Of a stretch of DNA of 64,000 bases, positions 25,895 to 39,333 are shown piece by piece. The notes beneath the pieces were generated by a model that was not told where the DNA came from, ran no database searches, and saw nothing but the letters and a program-made list of their open reading frames with translations. A program made the translations under genes and the position numbers. The DNA is from Takakia lepidozioides. Lineage: Eukaryota; Plantae; Bryophyta. Every line of letters starts with the position of its first letter. Positions within the stretch are counted from its first letter, which is position 1. The stretch covers positions 60,140,001 to 60,204,000 of the forward strand of contig CM060731.1 of assembly GCA_030704615.1 (NCBI GenBank), given 5' to 3'.

Positions 25895-28800
25895 GACTAA
25901 TGATATTCATATCTGTGCTGGGCAAGAAACATGGGAAACGTCGGATAAACTGGTTGGAGATGTCAATGGTTATAAATGGGCAGGTAGGATGTGTACTCTC
26001 AAGGCAGCCTCTGCCAAACGCGGTCAAAAAGGGGTTGGATTCTTTGTCCGTGATTTCTTGTTTGATAATTGTGAAATTATCAACAAGGGTTTGAGGTACG
26101 AGCATAGTATCTGGCTAAAACTGAATCTGAAGTGCGGCATGAGTACGAAGGACCTATTTGTGGGTTGTGTTTACATGCCCACAGAGGGGACCCTTAGTGC
26201 TGATGCAGACCAAGCCTTCGAAGATGTAAAGCTGGACTGTGCTTCGTTCCTTGCCAAAGGTCAGGTAGTGCTATTGGGTGACTTCAATGCCCGGGTGGGC
26301 AAAGGGCTCCATCAGGACGATATCATTGGGCCTTTTGGTGAGGACCTGAATTCTAATGGCAGACGGTTAATTAACTGTCTAGAAGAGCTTCAGCTTTTGA
26401 CCTTGAATAACAGGACAAGAGGTGACCAAGTGCAGTGGACTCGTGAGAAATCCCAAACTGGGGAACGTTCCATTGTGGACTATATCATAATGGACAAAAA
26501 TTTGTTTCCCCAGTGTGCCAATGTGTTGATCGACAGAACTGATATTGGTACCTCTGACCACTTCCTGGTTTGGACTGAGATCAAAAGGTGTTTTCCCAAC
26601 ACTAAGAGATCTGTGAAACGTTCGATTCGGAAGTGGCGCATAGAAAAATTCCATAGTGAGGAGGTCAAGGCTGAGTACGTCCAGGCCTTGCAAGAGGCTC
26701 TCCCTCATTTTGTCCAATCGCTCCAAGAACTTCAGTCTCGCTCTGACAACGCAAGAAATGAAGTCGAAAGAGCAGTGGACTCTTGGGAGAGTTTCGTTTC
26801 CTCCGTGGCTGACAAGATCATTGGGAGGAAACTAATTGTCTGCGGTAGAGCTGTTAATTGGTGGATCAATGAGATCAAACTCAAGATAGCTGAGAGACGA
26901 GCCCTTTATAAAGAGTGCTGCAACTTGAAAACCAACAGAGAATTGTGGGCGAGGTACTACCAGCTCCGTAGTACCTCGCCCACAATTCAATCAGCTTGTT
27001 AGGTCTATTATACTGGGATAAGTTATACAGTGAAATAAACTCAAACCACCATGGTGGTAATGACAAGAAATTCTGGTTGGCCCTTCAACGTTTGTACAAG
27101 CCTAAAAACGGTCAGCAAGTACAAGCGCTGAAGACTACTAAAGGTGCAGTGGTGACTTCATCGGTTGACATTGTCAAAACCTTTGAAAATCACTACATTG
27201 TCCTTGGCAGAACTTCTAGGTCTAACAGTGAGGGGTCTTCTGCTGAATGGAGGGACACAGTTGGAAAAACTGTTCCTATGATTCAAAACAGCCCTGATGA
27301 ACTGGATTCAATGGCTTATAACGCTCCCATTAGTTCTTCTGAGATTGTGGAAGCAATTGAACATTTAAATGGATATAAAGCTGGTGGACCTGATGGTATT
27401 GTCAACGAGCTTATCAAGCACGGTGGCGATCCCATGATAGAGGCCCTAGTTCTCCTCTTTAACCTTATCTGGAAGACTGAAATGATCCCCTTTCGCTGGC
27501 GACAGGGGGTCATTGTCAATCTATACAAGAACCGGGGAACTACCGTGGCATCACGCTCCTCAATGCTGTTGGCAAGACATTCTGCAGAGTTATAAGTATT
27601 CGTCTCGAGGTTGATCTGGAGTCTAGAGGTTGTTTCCACGAAGGCCAAGCTGGCTTTCGGCGAAACAGGGGCTGTGTGGATCATATCTTCATTCTAAGCC
27701 AGATTATCCAGGGAAGGAAAAAAGAAGGGAAACCCACTTATGTTTTTTTCCTGGATGTCAAAAAGGCTTATGACACAGTGTGGAGAGATGGGCCTATGGT
27801 TCTGCCTCTGGTCTTGTGGGATCAAGGGAAAGATGTGGAGTGTTGTCCACAACTTGTATGCTCACACCAAAAGCTGTTTCACTGTTAACGGACAGAAGTC
27901 CAACTGACATAGACCAAGGTGTAGCTCAAGGATGTACTCTCTCCCCTCTGCTCTTCAATGTTTTTATCAATCACTCCTTGAGGATGTGGAAAGTGAGGGA
28001 TTTGGGTTAAGGGTGGGTGATACCACCATACCAGCCCTTATGTTTGCGGATGACTTCGCAGGCATAGGGGAGACTCCAACCAATCTCCAGGAGTTGATTG
28101 ATTGCGCGAAGAGATACTTTGATCTTTGGGGGCTAGAGGCTAATGTCAGCAAATGTGCAGTGGTAGCATTCAACGACAGAGGAGAGGGAGAAAGTGATCT
28201 TAAGTGGCAGTGGGGTAGCCAAGAGATCCCGGTCCTCCCTTCCTACACTTACCTGGGCGTTGAGTTTTCCTCCAATTGTAATTGGGATGCACATATCCGG
28301 AAAGTTGTTCAAACTGGCAAGGGCAAAGCTCTGGGGCTCACTAAATTTTTCCACTGCAGAGGGGTCAACTCTGAGGTTAAGAAAACCATGCTTTGCCGCG
28401 TTATTAGACCTGCCTTGGAGTACGGATCTGCTATATGGGTTGATAACTCCAACCAGGCTAAGTCTCTAGAATCCATTCAAGTGGGGGTGTTTAAGGAGTG
28501 TATGTCAGCATGCTCCAAAACAGCCAATGTGGCTGTTCGGGGTGAGTTTGGCATTCCGTCCTTAAGCTCCCGACGAGATGAATTCAAGGTCAGATGGTGG
28601 GGTCAGCTGCAACATATGCCCAACACCAGATATCCTAAGTTAATCGACTCTATATCTTGGAAACAGGATCGCCCTGTCAAACAGGCTAAGTCCTGGCAGA
28701 AGAGAGTAGAAGAGATTCTCAAGGACCTGGACCTGGATCCGCAAGTCTTGACCCTGCTGGATAAATCTGACTTAGAGGCTGTAGTGTCCATGTCTGTTGC

Positions 28801-29391
28801 CATGAGATTGTCTGATGAAAATGAAGTTAGGCAGAAAACTTCCCTGAACTTGTTTCCAGTCAGTGACATGGGGGAGGACATCTTGGATGACCTCAAGGGT
28901 CTACCCACTCTCGGCACTAGACTGAAATTTAAACTCAGGGCAGGAAGCCTACCTTTGAACAGCAAACAGAAGCAGAGAGGAAAGGGAGAGTGCAATTGCC
29001 TGTTGTGTGGGCAATCTGAAGACAGTATTCATTTTCTGATACTGTCCGGGGTTCTCTCACCAAAGAGACGCTCTCTTCAACTCTATCAAGGGAATTGTGC
29101 CTGTACCCCTGTTTACCAACTTTGAAAGTCTCGAGGCTGAGCCAAAAGCCCAGGCCCTCCTGAGGCCTAGTTTTTGGGCAAATCACACACAGCAGATTGA
29201 TGCTTGTGTGAAGGGATTTCTGGAGGATATCTGGAAAACCCGGATTAATTCTTTATATGAAGGTAAGTCTTACTACCAACGTCAGCCCCTGACAGAGGTA
29301 GGTTCTGTCCCTTTTGTTCCCGCTCAAACTGGGCTCGGGGTCAATGGCCACAAGGCTATGGCAAACAACATCTTATGAGTACAATCTCTCC
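25895..29391 (+). mobile_element. LINE retrotransposon (AP endonuclease + RT + knuckle), frameshifted; clade uncertain, possibly RTE/RTEX-like
   Basis: LLGDFNARVG, SDHFLV, QAGFR, FLDVKKAYDTV, GVAQGCTLSPLLF, LMFADD, YTYLGV; 7-bp TSD GGCCTCG (25888-25894, 29392-29398). Confidence 0.95.
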
Positions 29392-31393
29392 GGCCTCGAA
29401 TTGATGGAATTAGGTGTACCAGAGTCTGCAGGGGGAGGTTCAGTTAGTGCTTTGCCATCCCAAAAAAGTGAAGTAAAGCTTTCAGCTTCAGCAGGAGACG
29501 TGGGACCCTCCATCAAATCTCAGGAAACTTGTATGGGAGGACCTTCTAATGCAATGGCCACACGAGAGGTGAGTGAGTGAGTGAGTGATCATTTTTGTTG
29601 ATTTCTTCAATCTCCTGTTTCTAGAATGAAGGCACACTTGTCATGAATGGTATTGCTTTAAGGAGACTGTTGAAGAGAGATCTTTTTATCTGTGCAGATT
29701 CAGTCTGCAAAGGGCCGTGAACACATGGGCATTGAGGATCAGGAGGGGTGTCCGATCCCGCGTGGTGATTGGGCCCAAATGCTGGAAGCTGTGACACAGC
29801 GGAGAACAGAAGCACTTGCACTGGAGCACCTTGATAACCTATGGGCAAAAGGTCGGAACTACAGGAAAAGAGACGTTCTTAAGGCTGCCACGATAGGAGT
29901 GACTGTCCAGCAGGCCACAGACTCCCCCTTGAATCCAGTCCAGGTTAATCCACCAGAGGCAAAAGTCGAGATGGAAGGAGCATCCAAAACAACCGAGTTG
30001 GTAGAGCTTACAGACTCAAGCCCCCGTCCTATTAACAAATCCAGTAGGACAGATGTCTCTGAAGCTAAACGAGACAGTAAAAGTGTCCACGACCAGTATG
30101 GTGCGCTGTTGTTTGGAGAAGCAGAAGAGGGGGAGGAAGGATTACCGGGGATAGGATTTGCTGGGCTGGGGGCCCGGGTGACTACCAGTCCGATGTCACA
30201 TCCATTGGACACTCCAGATGACCTGCAGGTGGTGAGTAAGAGAAGCCTCGAGGCTGCAAATCGCAGTGGTCTTTCACTCGAGACTTTGGATGACTTGCAG
30301 ACCCTTAGTAGGAGCATCCAAGAGACTGTGGATGCCAGTGGGCATGTAGTAGATGCTTTGAATGACCCACAGAAACTGGGTATGACTGCCCAGCATAGAT
30401 CTCGGAAGGCTGTTAGGTTGGTGTCGCACCGGCGGTCAAGGAGTACTGGGGATGGGCTGGAAAGCTGGCAAGAGCAATCTCGTCATCAGGAAGGCATGTT
30501 GACTTCGCTGAATGTGGGTGAAGGACCTTTGGCTGGAGCAGCACACCCTGCGTCCAACCTGCAGGATAATCAAGGAAAAAGGTTCTGTACTGAGAATGCC
30601 GGACAGGTGTCTTCACGGACTGAAAGCGGCAACCCCTCAGCCAGCTTTTCATCCCACCTGCCTCCAACTAAACTATGTGGTCGGGTATGGCTGAGTGCTG
30701 CAGTTGTTCTACTTCACATCCAATCAAACAGTTGTTCTCATTCCTTTGGCACTATGGCTTAGTGGATAAGTTTGTGGTCCTACTAACCGTCCATTTGTTG
30801 AATTGGCTTCCATGCATCCTCCTGGCATTTTTCCTAGGCCCTTGGGAATGCCGGAGCTAAGCCACATAAGGGTTTCTGTCCTTAACGTATTTTAAAGCCT
30901 TCAACTTGGTTAACATAGTTCTACTCCCGTGCTTGCTACCCAGGAATCAGGCAAATACTGTTTGTGGGGCCTGCAGCCCTATTAGGTCTGAAGATTGTAG
31001 ACACTTTTGGTAATGTGAGTAGTCTTGCATTAGATCATTTGTCTGCACAGCTGAAGAGCCTCTGCTTTAATCTGAAAGCTTCAGGGTTCTGTACAGTGTC
31101 TCTGGATGCGTACGTGTTTCATGGATATCACAACTCATGAGCCATCCACCTCCCCGCCACCACCTCAGCTGGAAGTTCAATTTTGAGGCTTTCAGCACCC
31201 TCCCAAACACTTTGCCTGACCGACAGTGGGTTGGGAGAGAAAGCCTTTGCCGCCTAGGCCCCCCAGCCGCCTATAGCCGAGACATGTTTTACTCCTTTCA
31301 CAAGGCACCTGCCGAGCCTTAGGAATAAGAGGAAAAATCTTCCTCTCCCAACGTCCCTCCTTCACCCAATGCTTGAGTTCAAGTCACCTCTAA

Positions 31394-32609
31394 TGTAAGG
31401 GCCAACGTTTTTTACCCCGGTGCCTAAATATTTGTTTTAGCAAAAGAGTGGCCAAAAAGCTTATCATCATCCAATAGGTTCACCAAGTTTGTTTGATAAG
31501 GTGGTTTTAAGCCCCTCAACTCAATAAGTTCAATTAGTTTAATCAATGCTTTTCAGGCTATAACGGCCACCATGTACATCTATCCTATTTAAGCAATTTT
31601 ATAAATAAAAAATGCTGAAAAATAAAAGAAAATAAAAAAATTAGGAAAAATACCTCCCTATGGGAAATCATGTGAGAAATCTAAAGATATCTTTGGCACC
31701 TAAAGATGCCTTTCGAAAACTGTGGGAACCCAACGAGAACCGAGGAACAATCGAGAATCGTTCCCAGCCGCGGGGAATTGCTGCGGCTTTATTAGATGAA
31801 TGAATCTCGCTAAGAGCTCATCCCTGCCACTACATTCGTTAGTCCAAAACATGCATGCATAAATAATAACAACTGGTGGGTCCAAGTCAGATTTCACCTC
31901 TTTATATTATTTGAAGGCGCTGGTGAGCTTTTTCTCCGTGGAAAAAGTCATCCTCTACCTTGGCCTCTGACACAAAGGCGCACTGTAGCCGAGTTTTTAG
32001 GACACAGTACTTTCTCTCATCCCTTGTCTCTCAAGGTCTTCCCTTCTAGCTCACTGCTCACAGGTCCGCTTGGCTCTATCTGGAGTCATAAGAACGCTCC
32101 CCTCTAAGGCTGTGTCCTCTCAAAATCCTAGATTTTATCTACCACTGGCGCCTTAGATAATGGCTCATAACCCTTAGAGGGCTATAAATTGAATTTAATA
32201 GCTAAAAGTAAAAATACCTCCCTTTAAGGGCATTTGCAGACGCATTGTCCGCTGGGTAAAACGCCCCGCCATGTGGGGGGCGCAAATCCGCGCGTAGCGA
32301 TCCAAGCGGTGGATCGTTGCGGTTAATGCCGGCGTCCGTCGGTTCGTCTCAGCTTTTGGTTATCCTGCTGGTAAAGACCCGTCTTTTGCTCGCACTCTTA
32401 AGGCTTCAGGCCTCACGCTTGATCCACGTGGCTGATGTACTTGATCTCAATACGACTTAAGGTCAGCAATGGCCCCGCTCCCTGTAGGTCGTGGCCGGGC
32501 CACAGCTGGCTCTACACGCTTTTAGTAATCGAGTGCCTACTCTCGCCTCAGAATTGTCGTAATGAGGCCCAGGTGCAGAGGGGACAGGACTTGACAGCGG
32601 CCCGTTACA
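31394..32609. mobile_element. Probable solo LTR, ~1.2 kb
   Basis: Termini TGTAAGGGCC...GGCCCGTTACA (imperfect inverted repeat, TG..CA); TATAAAT near 32183; flanks TCTAA and TTAAA do not form a clean TSD. Confidence 0.55.
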
Positions 32610-35600
32610 TTAAAAGGATCCCCATTCCCTTGTTTCTCTTATATATTGAAAAAACGTTGGAAAATTGGCATGGCAGAGGTTGTGGTCTGGTGGTAGGTCG
32701 ATGGCGATGTGGCGAAGTAAGCCTCGAGATCCATTCCTCGAACGTAGTTCCAATGGTTGGCGCTAACTGTAACGACCTCCACGGAGGTGGTATGCAATAA
32801 CTCTCATGCAGGTAGTTCAGTTTGGTTTTGCAACTACCTTCATGTAGAAAATCCTAAAACTACTACCTGCATGGAGGTAGTTGTAAAATTCATATGCCAA
32901 AAAAATTCTAAGTCCTTGACACATGAAGGTAGTTTGCTCCTATATTAGAGAAGGCTTGACGGTCGTACGAGGCCACACAAAATTCTGAGCCCCTCCTCTC
33001 TAGGCGCAACACCCGGCTCCTACAGGGCTGCTCGTGACCTTGGGGCAACTGCCGTCAAGCGAAATTGGTCCGCCCAAACCCCAAGACAAAAAAAAAATAC
33101 AACCCACCTTCCAGTAGGCCTCCATGGCTTGCTAATGGGGAACCACTATCAGATGACGAGGAGGGGGTGGCATTAACTGGGAGTGCACAAGGGTTTGGAT
33201 CTGTTGATTGGCATTCAGACCTTGACATACCTGCTGATTCGTATGTTGAAGTCCAAGCATTGGGACCTTTAACAAACATGTTTGGGTCAGGTATTTTGGA
33301 CGTAAGGGATAGCGGGTACATTGATGGTCGGCTTCAGAGGGCTTTGTCAGAGGGGCACTCCCCAGCTGAATCATTTGCTGGATCTGATACGGTTGACAAT
33401 GATGTACGTACTATCTCCAGCAAGTTCTGTCGTTGATTTAGATGACGTGTCACATTTACTCTTCTCCCTCAACAAGAAGGAGATATGCGATCTTGTTTCC
33501 GAGTTTCTATGGTCTTTTTTTTGGCTTTATTGAGGGAGTTGGTGGTCCTCCTTTATGAGTATTTTTACCGGGAGTGATTCTTGGCGTTTGTGGGGATGTG
33601 CAGTGGTCCCCACCAAATGTGATTGTGCCACTGCTTAACTTGGTGGACCTCATTTTTCAACTGCGAGGCCGTGGCTGGATTAGGTGCCTTATCTTGTGGA
33701 GTTCTGCTATACCTTATCTCTGTGTCTTAGATTATGACTCCTATCTTTCAGATTTCATTTCCCTGGGTGGTAGCCCTTTGGGTACAACTGCAGTGTAAAT
33801 ATGTGTAGAGGTGCATACATAAACATCATTTGTGTCAACAAAATGCTGATGATTTCCTTTTGGGGATTGGGTTTCTTGTCAGGCAGCAAGTCTTTTGGAT
33901 CGTGAAGCAGGTTTTACAGCTTGGTATGGGCGATGCCTTTGATGACTTGCTGCTTGGCAGAATTCAATGGCTGCGAAGAGAGGATGTTGTGGCTTCAGGA
34001 ATTCGGGGCATTCAAAGGGCAAGTTTCTTCATCTCCTGTCGGTGTGCCAGACTAGTGATAGATCAAACAGAGATATGGATGTATTGGTATTCACTGTTCA
34101 TTCATATGTGCAAACACAGATGCATGGGCCTTGGTGGAGAGAAGGATAAGAAGAAGTAATCTTTTGTGGGCCCCATGAGAGTGAGAGGGGGCTTTGAGGG
34201 TCCACAGAAGGGAACGATGAAGAAATTTTTTTTCACATCCACAGGGGGAGAGAGAGAGCAGAAGACTCCCTTGACCCCGGAAAGAAAAAGAGCAAGAGAA
34301 GAGAGACAGTGGATGACGAGAAGTTCTCTAGTAGCAGAAGCATTTCATCTTGCAGTAGGTGAGGAGCTCCAGTGGATCTTGTCTAGGCTACAGATTTGGC
34401 AGGGCAGATGTACCCCCTGCAGGTCTTATCTCAAAAACCCTTGTTGAACATAGGAACACTGTAAAATGTAGGACTGAAGATGGGTTAGTGATTGCAGGTG
34501 CTCTGGCCGGATGGGATTTTTATCACAAAGCATCCCAGTCGGGCTGGACTACCTCAAAGGAACATGGGGGGTCCTCAAGGGATAAACGGCCAGCGCAGGG
34601 AGCGATCCCCTCCAGTGACTTCGTTTGAGCAACGTCTTGAGGCTGTACGCAGAGCCATGGTTTGTTCGGGAAATTAGTCTTGGTGAGTTGACTGTAACCT
34701 ATGTGCAAGTTGGGGGTCATCTATGTCATGGTCCTAATGAATATTTTGATTGTCTGAGAGCGAGTGCTCGCTTGGTACTCCAGAGGATCTGGCATGCTCT
34801 CACATCTCCCTGAGTGAATAAAGCAAGTCCAGTGATAGTTAAGGTGCACCTCCATCGACTTCAGGAAGTCTAGGCATGAAAAGTGGTATTATCAGATATT
34901 AGGTTGTCTGAATTTTGTGGTGGGTTTGCAGACCGACCTCCTGCCTCTCCTTGTGAGCCTAGTTGCCAGGAAGCAATATCAGAGATGCGCCAAGGATATC
35001 TATTTCTTTCTTCAGGTAGTTCAGCCTCAAGTGGAATGCTCTTAGTGGGTTCTACTTAGTCTCCAAGTCTGAAAAGGAGTGGCAAGATCAAGCATATCCA
35101 ATGTATTGCTCATGTCAGACACTTGTATTGGTGTGCACTGGTAGGATTGGGAATATTGTTTCACAAGCAGTGACGGTAGAGAATTGTTTCTCAGAGGATA
35201 TTCTCATGAATTTTCCCCATGGGAGGGCCAGGAAATTCTTCTCATGGACTGTCTTGCCTTTGTCTTATAGCTGTAATTATAGATAAGTGTGATGCACACA
35301 ACAGAGGAGAAAGGAATTTATTTGTCCAAGAGAACGGGAAAACCATCTAGATGGGACTAAAGAATTGGAGAGGAAAGAGGCCATGGCTGGATTTGCTCTC
35401 TGAACGGTGTTGGGTGAATGTGGGGCTTGGTGGATGCAGTCAACAGTTTGTACAAAGCTGCTGGCCTACAGCCTTCTGGAGATGCTCCTTGCAGCCTTTC
35501 CTGAGCTGCATGACTTGATTCTTGATGTTCGTAGCAGTGTAACTTATTACTGCTACATTGGATTGACTGAAGAGGGGTGTATAGTTTATTTTTTCCTGGT

Positions 35601-37852
35601 CCATCAGGTCAAGAGCCAGGACTTTGATCCCATGTACGATTCTTCTTCTCTTCAAAGTGGCTATATATTTTTCCGCAATGAATAGCAGTGCGGTTGTCAC
35701 ATCCTGGTCACATTCAGCAGAGGTCAGAAGTAATCCACTGTAAATCAAATGCCATTTCGACTTCGTAAATACATAGTGGACTAGGTTTCAATGATCCTAG
35801 AAGGCTCAGTGGTCCTTGAGCCTTGTTATGTTTCTCCGAATCTACAGAATGCTACAAGTCAGAACTGCGTGAGGGATGTGTTTGGAAAGAGTTCTTTGTG
35901 GGGAGTAGCTTCAAACAATGGGACCTTGCAGGGACTCTGAAATGTTTATGATCTAGAGGTGTGCCAGCGCGGTGCCATAACTTGCAGAAAGAGGGATTGT
36001 CCACCATGAAGGTACTGCACTCTTGCCACTATGTTGCCAATGTTTTTTTCCTTCTCAAGCGTGTGGCAGTTTTCATTTGTTTGGATGAGCTTAGTGATTC
36101 AGTGGTCTGGGTGTGTGCTGCTAAGCATTGAAGTATTGCAGCCATTTAAAATAGTGAAGCAGTTGCAAAGGCACCTTGGACATGTGTCCTCGGGCATTGA
36201 TGAGAAGTTAAACTCTGTGTTAGACTCTGTAGTAGAGTTTGCATTGTAAAATGAGATCCAGAGCAAGTCTTGCCTTTGCCACCACTTGGCTGATTCTGGG
36301 TTGGTGTATGCAGGCAGGCTTGCTTTTCACACAGACAAGAAGGGTTTCTTCACAGCAGTAACTTGAGCATTTGGCACCTGGGATCGCTTGAAACTTGTAG
36401 GAAAAAAATGAATTCCTCCTGCTGAGAAACAGTGGTAGCATTTGTCAGATGTCCCTATGTTCCAAAAACAGATTTGATGCTTGTTTGGTGTGGCCTTTAT
36501 CTCCACACTCTTCAAGTCTTTCTTCAAGTCTCTCTTCGCAGGAGTGCAGCTTATCTCTTGTTGCCATCTTATATAAAGACCATGTCTTTGTCGAGTCAAA
36601 CTTATCTTGCATCTTCCGAGTACTGAATAGGTGGATCTCAGCCGTTGTTTCCATTGATACAAACTCTCTTGTTCTCTACTAGTTTCTTTGCAGGCTATAT
36701 CGGTAGTCTCTCCCCGAACTAAATGTAACTTCTGAATGTGAGAAGCATATCAAAGATTTCATCTCCAACAAATTATCCAGCGTTCCAGGTTGGAACTTCA
36801 GCCTACATCAGTCCTAAAAGTTCAGTGACAGTGCCTCTCATGAGATACCAAACATTAGGAGTAACTAAGTAGCACAGTTCAGTTTGTGAATCAAACAACC
36901 AACCCCCTTCTGCGAGAGAGATCAAGCAGTCTGGCCCTGCTGCTGTCACCCTATACTATAACCATTTTAATTCGAAGTATAACTCCGCTGGCTCTTAATT
37001 AGGACGACATTGAAGAGAGGCAATTCAATCCACGTTTGGATTGCAGCTCCACAGACGCCTCCTCCGCCATCATTCCCAGAGCCTTGCGCACACGTGAGAT
37101 GAAGACACGGCGTGCGTCATCCATGTGTGCATTGAAGCGCGGGCATCATGATTTGAGGTGCGCCCCAGCCCTCCCTTCCCTCCCCCTTCGCGTCATCAAA
37201 CACTTAAACAATGCCAAGGAATTTCTCGCACTCTTGTAAGTATCTCGACCATCTGCCAAGCAACTTACTTACTCATGTGCGTTGCCAAAGCAGCGCAGAG
37301 CGGCGTGCGATGGATGCGGCATCATTCCTGCCTGTAGTTCGTACCGCAACGCATCACTCGCGCTCTGACCGCACTTGGAGTTTCCTGACCCGAGTATGGC
37401 CCTCATGTGTCCCCTTAATGGCCGCCTATCATCATCCTCCACGCCATCTAATACTCAGTATTCTTACAGAAATACCATGTATGCCGTAGTGTCAGGCTGG
37501 GTACGAGACTCGGGTACGCTCTGGGAACGGTTCCCGATGATGTTCTGACATCGTATCCGGATGGCCAACCGTATGCCAGATACGTACGTGTATACGCTCC
37601 GACGCGTATCTGTATTGACGGCAGTATTCATGGCACGTAGGCTGCCACTACCTCGCATACGCACTGCCACGTCGGCCCATCATCGCCGTCGTTGATTCCA
37701 TTCCATGCCCGGCCCACCAATATTTGAATAATCGTGCCTCCCACGTGATGCTGGGTTCAAATCCTGCTACTCACCGATGTGTGGTTAGTAGAACTTCCAT
37801 CTGATGTGGGCGCCTTGTGTCTTCTCCGAAAGAGGTTAGTTTGTCCAAATTC

Positions 37853-38570
37853 AAAATCCCCTCCTTGGTTTCCGAGTCCATGTTGTCAAAGGGGCTGAAA
37901 TCCAACTTGAGAGAGGAAAGAGTAGAAACTGGCTGAGAAAGGTTACCGTTTCCGCTTTAAAATCCCCTCTTTGGTTTTGGAATCCATGTTGTCAAAGGGG
38001 CTAAAATCCAACTTGAGAGAGGAAAGAGTCGAAACTGGTCGAGAAAGAACCGTTTCCGCTTTAAAATCCCCTCTTTGGTTTTGGAATCCATGTTGTCAAA
38101 GGGGCTAAAATCCAACTTGAGAGAGGAAAGAGTCGAAACTGGTTGAGAAAGTACCGTTTCCGCTTTAAAATCCCCTCTTTGATTTTGGAATCCATGTTGT
38201 CAAAGGGGCTAAAATCCAACTTGAGAGAGAGAGAGACGAAACTCCGGTTGAGAAAAGGTTAACGTTTCCCCCTTTAAATTCCCCACTTTGCTTTCGCAAT
38301 CCATGTTGTCGAAGGGTGTTACGAAGCGTTGCCTTCCTCTATCAGCCTCCATGGCACTTACTTTGAGGTTATTTTTTCCTCCTCCGTCCCTCTTCTCTAA
38401 AAATAAAAAAATAAAAAAATAAAAAAGGGCCTAAAATCCAACTTGAGAGAGTGACCAAACTCCGGCCGAAAGACGTTAGTGTTTCCCCCTTAAAAATCCC
38501 CTCTTTGGGAGGGGAGAATACCGGAACCCATCTTGTAAAAAGGGCTAAAATCCAACTTGAGAGCGAGAGA
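37853..38570 (+). repeat. ~104-106-bp tandem repeat, 4 good units plus degenerate ones
   Basis: AAAATCCCCTC...CCATGTTGTCAAAGGGGCT(A/G)AAATCCAACTTGAGAGAG starting at 37853, 37959, 38063 and 38167; partial units to ~38570. Confidence 0.92.
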
Positions 38571-39333
38571 GAAGTATCGGGCAAAACTTACTAGCAACGT
38601 TAGCAACTTAGCATGCCGTAGTTTTGCAGATTTAGAATTGCCTTGTATATGTTTGGAATTTGGGGCATTGATTGTGAGCGGCAGCGCTGAGCGTCATGTG
38701 AAAATTCTGATGGGAAATGATCGGGTTGGGTACGGGCGTCCAATCCCGCACGATGCAATCAGTCGTTGCAAATTATTACACATCCATCGAGATGGGATAA
38801 AAGTGCGATGGCGACGGGACGAGATGGGACCCAACACACTTTGGTAGGACCGAATGAAGAGCGCCCCACCCGTCGTCCGCAGGAGATTCCCGCCGGGGTG
38901 AATGCACACTGAGGGACGGCCCGAGGGGCACACAATTCAGTGGATTCCATTGAAATTCAATCCTTCCTTGTCTGCGCCATAGAATGCAGGGCTCTAACTT
39001 GATGGAGGTAGGTAACATGCCCAGAATGCCACGGATCCAAACCTCGTAAGTAGTGAGTTGTCAAATGCTCCCTAATACACCACAGAGATGAAGATCTCAC
39101 GGTTTGTGACCAGCCAACAACACCGCATCGTTTTTACGTGTGGGAGTCAACAGTTGCAGCTCCGCAAGTTGTCGTGATGCAAGGCGAGGGCGATGAGAGG
39201 ATATAAGATACAACATCAATATTCCACCTCCACTCTCACCTGCTCACAGCTCCACGGATGGCACTCACGTCAAGACTGAACCCTCTTCATCGTACTGCCC
39301 GCGTGCATTCTAGAGTGGCCCCAGGACTGCAGA

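Larger units (their letters stand above)
23067..35685 (+). pseudogene. PXA-(PX)-Nexin_C sorting-nexin-like gene, disrupted; PX exons not found
   Basis: Exons ~23067-23157 (METLQDLLEEAKRR), 23841-24038, 24188-24397 (EWVTNLWYSSITPD), 24707-24883 (LHPAL), 25163-25298 (ARELLACAVLRPVLN), 25735-25894 + 29399-29568, 29698-30684, ~33117, 33604 (WSPPNV..VDLIFQL), 33883, 34498 (VLWPDGIF), 34931, 35439 (AFPEL); LINE in exon, in-frame TAG at 25873; 3' end approximate. Confidence 0.85.

Noticed and set aside
35700-37000. Short ORFs as an additional gene
   Set aside because: No recognisable motif or consistent exon chain
37853-38570. CRISPR-like array
   Set aside because: Whole units repeat with no unique spacers; eukaryotic context; no cas genes
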